Shown: positions 44,036 to 52,033 of the stretch, piece after piece
How the letters are laid out: each line of letters begins with the position of its first letter
Position numbering within the stretch: position 1 is the first letter of the stretch
Assembly: GCA_963796685.1 (NCBI GenBank)
Contig: CAWCMR010000020.1
Coordinates: 1 to 64,000 of the forward strand
DNA length: 64,000 nt
DNA from: an uncultured delta proteobacterium
GTDB lineage: Bacteria; Myxococcota_A; Polyangia; Fen-1088
Reading direction: 5' to 3'
Notes under the pieces: model-generated
What the model saw: the letters and a program-made list of their open reading frames with translations, nothing else
What the model was told of the DNA's origin: nothing
Database searches by the model: none
Program-made: the position numbers and the translations under genes

Positions 44036-44642
44036 CTGTTCTATCGACATCCGCGGCCTCCTGTTTTCTAGGCTTGACGCGGCGTTTTGCGCCCTTATCT
44101 GGTTGTTCCTGTGGAATCGGAATAACTTGTGCCCCACTGGGCGGTACGATCTGCATTGTCCAGTGCGGAGGGTTCTTCCCGTTGGGACAGGTAAGCCATA
44201 TCTCTGACGTCAAAAGCTCCGCTTGCTTCTCCTGTCGATATCCAAGGTGTAGGTTCGTTGGATCTGGAACTCCTTCCAAGGTGAGCTGACCTGCGTTCTT
44301 CAAGAAGGAAAACGTTTGCTGGGTCATCACGTTGGAGGTGCGAAAGTTTCGATCGAGCTTCTTTAACTTGATCTGGTACTTGTCTTCAACCGTCGCCACG
44401 AAGAGTTTCGATTTTCTCTCGAAGCACCTCACCCCTTCCGGATTCCCATCTGGGAAAGCCTGCTCCATATGCCACCGCATGAGATCGTGGATGAGCGATG
44501 CAATGGACCTGCTGGACATCTTGTGCCGAAGTCCCCGATAGTCCGCGACGAACTCTTTGAGTGCCGCGTGGACCACATCATGAAGCCTCGTAAGAACAGG
44601 CTTCAGATCCTTCTTCGCGGTAGCCACAGAACGAACCATCAC
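44013..44642 (-). CDS. Hypothetical protein co-transcribed with the HTH-peptidase (candidate toxin)
   Basis: 209 aa, stop abuts or overlaps the peptidase start; motif KKLD....SN..TQQ..F....Q.......NLHLGY; GAGGTG RBS. Confidence 0.75.
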   Translation of the reverse strand: MMVRSVATAKKDLKPVLTRLHDVVHAALKEFVADYRGLRHKMSSRSIASLIHDLMRWHMEQAFPDGNPEGVRCFERKSKLFVATVEDKYQIKLKKLDRNFRTSNVMTQQTFSFLKNAGQLTLEGVPDPTNLHLGYRQEKQAELLTSEIWLTCPNGKNPPHWTMQIVPPSGAQVIPIPQEQPDKGAKRRVKPRKQEAADVDRTDESNKKK

Positions 44643-44836
44643 TCACCTCAAATTTGTTTCATCCAAGGTACCATGGGAACACACAAACGCGCATAAAATA
44701 TTCCTAAAATATTCCATGTTGGTGTAAGTATTTGTTTTTGAAGTCTTTTTTCGCATCGCCGCAATGACATTTGGTACTATTGCGTTATGCTACCACGCCA
44801 TCTTGCGGATAGTCAGAATCGCGAGACAATGGCGAT

Positions 44837-45229
44837 ATGAGAAAGGTAGCTTGGCTTGCGCTGCCGCTGATCTTTGGCTGCACCACTCTCTCTCCGGAGC
44901 AACGCCGGGAACGAGACGAGGAGAATCAGCGGAGGGCCATGCGGCAGGAAATGGCCCAAGAACAGGCCAACAGGTGTCTTCAGGGGATGCCGATCCTTCG
45001 TGGCGATCCTCCCTACCAGTACCGCGTGATACAGGTGATCGAGGCTCAAGATGAAAGGGAACTCGTACAGGCTGCCTGCCAAGCGGGAGCGGATGCCGTG
45101 ATCTCAATCTTCACAGACAACGAAGAGACCACCACTACCGTCGGGGGCGGCCCCTATTTCGTTCGGGGTCGAACGAAGACCAAACACGCGCCGACGTTCG
45201 TCGGTCGCCTCATCGTGTACGCGCGGTGA
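44837..45229 (+). CDS. Small lipoprotein (YbjQ/RcsF-like GADAVI motif)
   Basis: Lipobox LIFGC; PYQY..I..I....L...A...GADAVI. Confidence 0.65.
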   Translation: MRKVAWLALPLIFGCTTLSPEQRRERDEENQRRAMRQEMAQEQANRCLQGMPILRGDPPYQYRVIQVIEAQDERELVQAACQAGADAVISIFTDNEETTTTVGGGPYFVRGRTKTKHAPTFVGRLIVYAR

Positions 45230-45317
45230 GCCTCGTTTTCTGAATTATTGGGCAGCCCGCCAAATTCGCCCGAATTAAAAGGCAGCTAGGCCGAAAAGCG
45301 AATCATTGGGCAAAGCC

Positions 45318-45430
45318 CCAGCCCGCCCTACCACCCCCGCGCTACGCGCGGCCTCGCCAACCCCTCGGCCCCTCCCCGCCACCCTCCTCCCCGCTCGCTT
45401 CGCTCGGCCTCGCGCGCTCTGGCTTCGCCA
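45318..45430 (+). repeat. Right part of the REP-like unit split by the transposon
   Basis: CCAGCCCGCCCTACCACCCCCGCGCTACGCGCGGCCTCGCCAACCCCTC is identical to the continuation of the intact unit at 40103-40180. Confidence 0.85.
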
Positions 45431-45436
45431 TCGCGC

Positions 45437-46336
45437 CTAGGCGTTGCCGGCTCGGTAGGCGCCGGGCGAAACGCCGAAGCTCTTGCGAAAGACCTTGCAG
45501 AAGTAGTTGGCGTCACCGAACCCGCACTGCTCGGCGACTTTCTTGACCGTGAATCGGCTGCCGGCGATCAGCCGCATGGCCTCTTCAAGCCGTAGGCTGG
45601 CCAGGTAGCGACCGGGCGAGATCCCGCGCACTTTCTCGAACTGTCTGGAAAAGTGGAAGCGGCTCATCTTTGCGACACGGGCCATGTCGTCGACCCCGAT
45701 GGGCCGGGCGAGATTGAGCTGGCAGAACTTCTCGACGTCCAGGACGAAGGCCGGCACCGGTTGCGCCGACGGGGAGAGCCCACCGGCGACCTCCGTGCTC
45801 TGGCTCTGCAATGCCATGACGATGGCCCAGGCCAGCTCGGAAGATCGGTAGGACGATTCAATCTTGCCTTCAAGGGCGGTCGCGCACGCCTCCGCGGCGC
45901 GCTCCAGTGCGGGCGAGCTCTCGGCAAGCGCGATGATCGGGCCCGACTTCTCGATCATCCCCCGAACACCCCGCACGGCTTCGATCCCGCTCAGCAGGAC
46001 GTAGAAGAACTCCCAGCGTTCACCTTCCTCGATCCAATAGCGGTGCTTGTGCGGGAAGTGGAGCAGCATGGCCTGTCCCGGCTCCACGAACATTTGGTGG
46101 TCCTGGAATCGAAGTCTCCCCCGCCCACTCAGGGTGTACTGGATCAGCGCGAGCTCGGCATTGCCGCGCCGCCAGCCATCCCAATCGTAGCTGGGATCGT
46201 TCTCCTCTTTGAAGCCCGCGCTGTAGATGAGCGCTGGCAAAGGTCCGTGCAGGTTGGGAAACAGCAGGGTCTCCCGATGGCCCATTTGGTAGAGCCGCTC
46301 GATGCCTGAAAGACCCGTCAGCGTGGCTCCACTCAT
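45437..46336 (-). CDS. AraC family transcriptional regulator
   Basis: N-terminal cupin (IQYTLSGRG, PGQAMLL), C-terminal MSRFHFSRQF...GF.DANYFCKVFRK.FGVSPG.YR. Start uncertain. Confidence 0.9.
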   Translation of the reverse strand: MSGATLTGLSGIERLYQMGHRETLLFPNLHGPLPALIYSAGFKEENDPSYDWDGWRRGNAELALIQYTLSGRGRLRFQDHQMFVEPGQAMLLHFPHKHRYWIEEGERWEFFYVLLSGIEAVRGVRGMIEKSGPIIALAESSPALERAAEACATALEGKIESSYRSSELAWAIVMALQSQSTEVAGGLSPSAQPVPAFVLDVEKFCQLNLARPIGVDDMARVAKMSRFHFSRQFEKVRGISPGRYLASLRLEEAMRLIAGSRFTVKKVAEQCGFGDANYFCKVFRKSFGVSPGAYRAGNA

Positions 46337-46659
46337 GGTGGCTCCGTCCTCACACGGGGGCAGGTCTGGCCCGAGGGACTGGCCTGCAGGAAGTTCCGCG
46401 GATTGTGCGCTGAGCATAGGATTTCCTTTCAGCGCGGTGCGTGATGCGGGCGCCACGAACCCACGGGGTCGCTCGCCGCCTCGTGTTTTGCCGAGCGATT
46501 TCTCGCATGCCTCGTTCATGACCCGTTCGACCTCTCGTACCTCGCTCCCTGTGAATTCCCTCAACTCCCATCACTGATCATGGAGGTTTGCCCTTCGACG
46601 TCTTGCTGACTCGGCGGGTCTTTGACGCCCAGGCCCATGTGCCTGAGCCGACGGATGGG

Positions 46660-48222
46660 TTATAGGCGGCTGGCGTAGTCGATCTTCATCTGATCGTAGA
46701 GCGCCAGGTCGGGCTGGGCGGTGTAGGTGGTGCCCGATCGTCTGAGCAGGTCGTGCCCGGTGTTCCAGTCGCCCTGCGTGGTCGGCTCCCAGTTGAAGGT
46801 GCCGATGCCCTGGTCGTTGGCAAGGCCGTAGACCACATCGTTGATCTCGCGTTGCATGGGGCCGTACTCGGCCGCGAAGAACTTGATCTTGGGGTACTTG
46901 GTGGCGAGCCCGGTGAAGGTGTTCGTCCAGCCGGTCTTGGTATTCGTCGTGCTGTTGGGGTCGCCCTGGTACTTTTGATAGCACGACTCGCCGAAGGCAT
47001 CGAACACCACGCCCTGTTTGATGGCGTTGTCGATCCAATCGGTGGTGGTGGCCAGGGCCGCGCCCGTCTTGTCCGTCGGCTTGTCGCCACCGCGATCGAT
47101 GTGGCACGAGATGAGGATGGTGGTGTCCACGTCCTTGACGCCTTGAATGCCGGCCTTCAGCAGGGTGCCGAGGTTGGTCCAGTTGGAAGTGCTGCCAGTG
47201 ATTTTGTTGTTTCCCGTGGGCTGACCGCCGCTGTCGCAAACGTGGATCAGCATGCCGGGCGTGGTTTCGTTTCCGATTTGCACCATGTCGGGTCGGGCGC
47301 CGCCAGCGACCAGCTTGGCGATGGCGTCCTTGGTATAGTCGTGCACGGCGGTGGCCAGGTCGGCGATGGTGGTGAAGCTCTGCCACGCCACGGGGACGCA
47401 CTGCTTGCCCGGATCGGCCCAGTTGTCGCTGAAGTGGAAGTCGACCAAGAGGCCCATTCCCGCGTCCTTCACTTGCTTGCCGAAGGCCACGGTGTGGGTG
47501 ATGTCGTCGTAACCGTTGGTCTTGTCGTAGCCATCGGCCGCCCTGGGATCGACGAAGGTGCGCAAGCGGACGGCATTGAATCCGTGCGACTTCATGATGG
47601 TGAGCAGGTTGGCCCGCGTGGCATCGGGGGCAACCTCTTGATCGGTCACGTCCGCACCCAGGAAGTACGAGGCCGAGAAAGCGGTCGAGGAACCGCCTGC
47701 GCCGGTCGCGCCGCCCGTGTCAGTCACGCCGCCCGTAGCCGTCGCCCCGCCTATGCCAAGAGCGCCGCCGGTGTCTTTGGCGCCACCCGTGCTGATTGTC
47801 CCACCGGTCGCACTTGCCCCGCCTGTTCCCTTGGCGCCGCCGCTCCCGACTGCGCCGCCGCTCGCGCTGGCACCGCCCGAGCCCTTGTTTCCGCCTGTCG
47901 CCGCGTTTCCGCCGCTGCCGGTCGCACCGCCAGTTTCTATTGCTCCGCCCGAGCCCTTGGCACCGCCCGTGGCCGGGGGGGCGCCAGCTGCGCCACCCGA
48001 CCCGGTCGCCCCTCCCCGGGCCCTGCTCGAGCTGGTGGTGCCTCCCAAGCTCACCGCGCCGCCCGAACCGGTCGAGCCGCCGGCACCTCCGCTGGTCGTC
48101 GCGCCGCCAGAGCTGGTAGATCCCCCGCTGCCCCCGCTGCCGTTGGTCGAGCAGGCGGCAAGGAAGGCCGCGAGAGCAATGAGCGAGAGGGCACGAAGCC
48201 GAGGAATGGGTTGGGAATGCAT
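46660..48222 (-). CDS. GH53 arabinogalactan endo-beta-1,4-galactanase lipoprotein
   Basis: Lipobox LAAC, long G/S/A/T stalk, LGADVT, G.NAVRLR.FVDP, VDFHFSDNWADPGKQ, MVQIGNE, AEYG, G.F.WEP. Confidence 0.9.
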   Translation of the reverse strand: MHSQPIPRLRALSLIALAAFLAACSTNGSGGSGGSTSSGGATTSGGAGGSTGSGGAVSLGGTTSSSRARGGATGSGGAAGAPPATGGAKGSGGAIETGGATGSGGNAATGGNKGSGGASASGGAVGSGGAKGTGGASATGGTISTGGAKDTGGALGIGGATATGGVTDTGGATGAGGSSTAFSASYFLGADVTDQEVAPDATRANLLTIMKSHGFNAVRLRTFVDPRAADGYDKTNGYDDITHTVAFGKQVKDAGMGLLVDFHFSDNWADPGKQCVPVAWQSFTTIADLATAVHDYTKDAIAKLVAGGARPDMVQIGNETTPGMLIHVCDSGGQPTGNNKITGSTSNWTNLGTLLKAGIQGVKDVDTTILISCHIDRGGDKPTDKTGAALATTTDWIDNAIKQGVVFDAFGESCYQKYQGDPNSTTNTKTGWTNTFTGLATKYPKIKFFAAEYGPMQREINDVVYGLANDQGIGTFNWEPTTQGDWNTGHDLLRRSGTTYTAQPDLALYDQMKIDYASRL

Positions 48223-48385
48223 GGTTGTCTCTTGATGCGTTGCGAGTCGACGAATAGGGAATGGAAGCAGTCTGCTCCTCTTTGACAGTGGCGCGGGGTC
48301 GGAAAACCAATCACAGGCGAAGCACTTTCACTTCAGGGTAGCCGGGCAGGCGCACTGGGTCTAACCTGCGGTTCGCACCGTGCCA

Positions 48386-49144
48386 ATGGACGTGAGCCAA
48401 CCCGAGGTCAGCCTTGCTCCCGACAGCGCCGAAAGCCTGCGACGGCTCTTCGACGACGAGCTGCGTTTTCGCCGTGTCTTCGTGGCCGGGGTGTTCCCGA
48501 TTCGCGAGCGGCAGCGCTGCCGCCTGGTGGTCGTGCACCCCCAGGGCGGATGCTTCTCCGTCGAGGCCGAAGTCGTCTATCTCAAAGCCGAGGAGCCCGG
48601 CGCTGGCGTCGGGCTCGATTTGGTGGGACTCGATGCCGACAAGCTCGTGGGCCTGCAGTCGTTCGTGCAGCAGGCCGCGAAGACCCAGGACGAGGACGAG
48701 GTCGAAGACGAGGTTGTCGCGGTGAAGGGCGAACCCGCTGGTCCGCGCAACGTCTACGAGCGCATTCGGCGGCTCAGCCTTCACGAGCGGGACAGGATGG
48801 CGCGACAGGGACTGCTGTCCGAACGCGTGGCGCTGGAACGCACCTTCGGTGGCAGCGTGTGGGAGGGACTTTTGCAGAACTCCTCGCTGACTGTTCCCGA
48901 GGTGGCCCAGATCGCCAAGAAAGGCACGTTGCCCCAACCCCTGGTGGCCGTGATTGTCGCCAACGGTGGCTGGTTGGCCAGCGGGGAGGTACGCCGAGCG
49001 CTGCTCGGCAATCCGCGCGTAAACGGCGCGCAACTCGATCGGGTTTTGCGGGCCACGCCCAAGCCCGAGCTGAAACAGATCGCCCAGATGTCGCCCTATC
49101 GTTCGCAAGTGCGCATGGCTGCCAAGAAGCTCCTCGGCGAATAG
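48386..49144 (+). CDS. PilZ-like domain + helical-repeat protein
   Basis: AEVVY......GVGL; C-terminal LLQNSSLT..EV..IA...W.....VRRALL.NPR. Confidence 0.6.
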   Translation: MDVSQPEVSLAPDSAESLRRLFDDELRFRRVFVAGVFPIRERQRCRLVVVHPQGGCFSVEAEVVYLKAEEPGAGVGLDLVGLDADKLVGLQSFVQQAAKTQDEDEVEDEVVAVKGEPAGPRNVYERIRRLSLHERDRMARQGLLSERVALERTFGGSVWEGLLQNSSLTVPEVAQIAKKGTLPQPLVAVIVANGGWLASGEVRRALLGNPRVNGAQLDRVLRATPKPELKQIAQMSPYRSQVRMAAKKLLGE

Positions 49145-49245
49145 TCTCACCACATTTTGCCTTGTCGCGGTACTCGACCTTGCTCGAATCCGTGCGACAA
49201 TCCCTTCCATGCTGGGCCCCGCGGCAGCGAATGGGTGAGGACTCC

Positions 49246-50151
49246 ATGACTGCACTGCTCGTTCTCGAACTCTTGCTTGGGACGTCGCTTGACAAGGCCA
49301 TCAAGGCGCCGAACGTGACCGTGGATTTCAGCGCGGTCGATCGCGAGTTGCTGGGAGAAACGGCCCTCCACGCGGCTTACAAGAACCTACTCGCGCGGCT
49401 GGCCGAGGACGGCTTTGCGATGACCGAGCCGAACCAGACCGGCGCCATCGTGGTCACGATCAGCCGCACCAGCGACCAGAATCTGAAGCTTCTCGTCGAG
49501 AGCGCCGCGGGAGCTCGATCGCGCAAGATCCACTTCGGCGAGAACGCGGGCGAACAAGAGGAATTCCAGCTCGTCCAGGCGACCATCGAGCTGGTGCGCG
49601 GCGCGCGCGACGACTTGTCCGCCATGGTCCTCCCCCCGACACAGTCCTCCGCGAGTCCCCACGCCGTCGGGGCCGAGCTTGCAGGCGCGATGCTGTGGAG
49701 CGGAGCCTCCACGGGTGTCATGGCCAACGTCGGCGCCGATGTCCGGCTTGGACCCGTGCAATTGACCTTGGGCTTGGTCGGGCACGAGCCGCTGGGCTTG
49801 CCGAGCGATCTGCGCATCTTCGAATGGGGAGCCCTTGCGGGCGCGCGCCTGGGCACACGGGCGTTTGCCCCCTGGTTGGCGTTGCAAGTGGCTCTGGACG
49901 GCGGCTTTCTGCAAGAGCGGTACGATTACACCGATGCCGCCGGGGCCAAGTCTCGCGGAGTCGTCAACGAGCCGATCGGCACCGGCAGCCTCGGCGCCGC
50001 GCTGGATGTTGCGAAGGGGCTGAGTATCGGCTTGGCGCTTGGAGCCTGGGTGACCCCGCACGCCCACGCGTACCTTGCGGCCAGCGGAACGCAGTGGAAA
50101 GCTCCGCGGTTGAGGCCTTTCGCTGGCGTGCGCCTGGAATACCTTCGCTGA
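49246..50151 (+). CDS. Hypothetical protein with beta-barrel-like C-terminus
   Basis: Alternating beta-strand pattern ending PFAGVRLEYLR; RBS GAGGA. Confidence 0.55.
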   Translation: MTALLVLELLLGTSLDKAIKAPNVTVDFSAVDRELLGETALHAAYKNLLARLAEDGFAMTEPNQTGAIVVTISRTSDQNLKLLVESAAGARSRKIHFGENAGEQEEFQLVQATIELVRGARDDLSAMVLPPTQSSASPHAVGAELAGAMLWSGASTGVMANVGADVRLGPVQLTLGLVGHEPLGLPSDLRIFEWGALAGARLGTRAFAPWLALQVALDGGFLQERYDYTDAAGAKSRGVVNEPIGTGSLGAALDVAKGLSIGLALGAWVTPHAHAYLAASGTQWKAPRLRPFAGVRLEYLR

Positions 50152-50165
50152 CGGGTCGGCAGCGA

Positions 50166-50276
50166 TCAACGAACGGCGGCGTACAGGTCTGCGATCTCCT
50201 GTTGCGACAGCGCGCGCTTGTAGACGCGGAGGTCGTCCAGCGAGCCGTCGAACAACGGATCGCGACAATCGGCCAC
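50166..50276 (-). pseudogene. LamG-like jellyroll C-terminal remnant
   Basis: Manual translation DPLFDGSLDDLRVYKRALSQQEIADLYAAVR-stop. Confidence 0.65.
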
Positions 50277-50304
50277 GGGGCGCCCGCGCGGAGCCCGCGG
50301 CCGG

Positions 50305-50496
50305 CTAGGGCTCTTCCTGATAGAACAGCGTGATCGTGAGGCAATGAAACGCGCTGTCGGATGACTGCGTGACGGACTTGCTCACGATGCGACTCTTGGG
50401 GTTGGCACGTATCCACTCGGTTATTTTTTCGCCAAGGGTGTCACGATCGCGCGCCTTCGTCGCGAAGAACACCTTGGCTCCTGTGAATTGATCCAT
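50305..50496 (-). CDS. Small conserved-looking protein (Cse60/DUF2758-like pattern)
   Basis: FTGAKVF.AT.ARDRD.LGE.IT.WI......IV...VTQSSD.AFHCLTITLFY. Confidence 0.65.
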   Translation of the reverse strand: MDQFTGAKVFFATKARDRDTLGEKITEWIRANPKSRIVSKSVTQSSDSAFHCLTITLFYQEEP

Positions 50497-50785
50497 TTCG
50501 GCGGCGCTGTTTGTCATCGATTCCAACTTCAATCTGAATGCCAACTTCTGTCGCAGACACGACCTTCCGTGAGAAGGTCCTTCACTGTCAAGAAGTTCCT
50601 CGAACTGCGATGCATTCCTCTAACCACAACGAGAAGAAATCGGAAGGAATCAGGGAAAGTTGAGCGCGCCAATCCACGCGTCCACATGCGCCAGCGTCGC
50701 AAGGTCGCTCGTCGGGCTATGCTGTTATCTGCGCCGCATGGTCGATTCTGACACCACGAGACTCGCGAGAAAGTAGTCCGTGCCG

Positions 50786-51157
50786 TCAGCGGACACGCAA
50801 GGCGCTCAGACCCATCCACAGAAAACCGGCCACCAAGAGCAGGCCGCCGAGAGGCGTGATCATGCCGAGCCGGCGCGGTGCCCCCAGGGCCATGGCGAAG
50901 AGCGATCCGCTGAACAGCAGCATCCCGAGCAAGAGCACGGAGCTGGGACAAAGGAGGGTCAGTCCCGTTCGTTCGAAAAGCCCGTGCAGCATCATACCCA
51001 GGGCGGCGATGAACAAGTACTGGGTGCCGGTGTGCCACCAGCCGAGGTTTGCGGCGGGCAGGGCGGACAGGGCGTGGGCGCCGAACGCGCCCAGCAGAAC
51101 TCCAAGCGCGGCCGTGAAGGCGCCGAGTGCGAATGCGTTCAAGGACCAGTCGGGCAT
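50786..51157 (-). CDS. DUF423 (YgdD/TMEM256) membrane protein
   Basis: V.LGAFGAHAL, W.TG.QY, G.LLFSGSL..MA, LG.ITPLGG. Confidence 0.88.
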   Translation of the reverse strand: MPDWSLNAFALGAFTAALGVLLGAFGAHALSALPAANLGWWHTGTQYLFIAALGMMLHGLFERTGLTLLCPSSVLLLGMLLFSGSLFAMALGAPRRLGMITPLGGLLLVAGFLWMGLSALRVR

Positions 51158-51216
51158 GGCCAGATGCTGCCAGAAAAACGGCGAACGCCAACGCGAATGT
51201 GGCTTCGCACGCTCGA

Positions 51217-51651
51217 CTACACGCCCGTCTGCTTGTGCGGACGTAGTCCCTTGACCACCAGGCCGAGCCCAGCGGCGATCATGAACAGCATGATCAGCGT
51301 GTTCACGAGCGAGGTGGTTTGGAAGTAGATGTCCAGATTGACGAGGATTCCGGCCAGGATGAACAGAAGACCGCCCACCGACAGGAACCAGCCCAGCGCC
51401 GACTTGCCATTCACGAACAGAATTCCGACGCCGAAGAGCAGGGGAATGAGGCTGATGCCGAAACTGCGGCCCGCGCCCCCGAGGCCCATGAAGTTCCAAT
51501 ACGAGGAATGCACCTGCACGTGGGAGAACAGCAAGTAGAAGCCGACGGCGGCGATCAAGACGCCGATGAAAAACTCGCCCACGCCGCCAGTGGTGCCGCC
51601 TGCACCCTCGAACTTGCGTTTGCCTCCAAAGCTCGCGCCGCCGTCGCTCAT
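51217..51651 (-). CDS. Small 4-TM hypothetical protein
   Basis: GAGGTTGGVGEFFIG followed by hydrophobic helices. Confidence 0.75.
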   Translation of the reverse strand: MSDGGASFGGKRKFEGAGGTTGGVGEFFIGVLIAAVGFYLLFSHVQVHSSYWNFMGLGGAGRSFGISLIPLLFGVGILFVNGKSALGWFLSVGGLLFILAGILVNLDIYFQTTSLVNTLIMLFMIAAGLGLVVKGLRPHKQTGV

Positions 51652-51791
51652 GGTTGCACCATTGTACATCGGAAGGGCGCGTTCTCGCTTGTTTCCAAAC
51701 CGAGCGCGAGGCGCCTTCACAAATTTACAAAACTGGCCAGGACTCGAAACCATCCTCGGGGGACAGTAACCAGTGTCTAGGAAAGGAGGTC

Positions 51792-51968
51792 ATGAAGATG
51801 CCAGCGACAGAGATTTTCTTCCGAGCTGATGCGAATGCGACGGATGGAGCGGACGGAAGGGTGAAGCTGTGGGCGGACTCGGTGGGGGCGGCGGCCACAC
51901 AGCTCGGCGTCATCCTGACCCTCGGCATCGCCGTACATCTTGCCAGCAACCTGCTGTTCGGTCGGTAG
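51792..51968 (+). CDS. 58-aa protein with C-terminal hydrophobic helix
   Basis: Strong RBS AGGAGGT before ATG 51792. Confidence 0.5.
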   Translation: MKMPATEIFFRADANATDGADGRVKLWADSVGAAATQLGVILTLGIAVHLASNLLFGR

Positions 51969-52033
51969 ACACCGGCAGTCGGTTGGGAAAGGAGAGGCCA
52001 TAAAGAACAAGAGCGCGTGCGGTAGCGATCGCG

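Larger units (their letters stand above)
40338..45317. mobile_element. 4,980-bp cargo-carrying IS5-family (IS903-group-like) transposon
   Basis: Perfect 17-bp TIR GGCTTTGCCCAATGATT (40338-40354) / AATCATTGGGCAAAGCC (45301-45317); 9-bp TSD CCAGCCCGC (40329-40337, 45318-45326); internal DDE transposase; visibly lower GC than the flanks. Confidence 0.93.
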
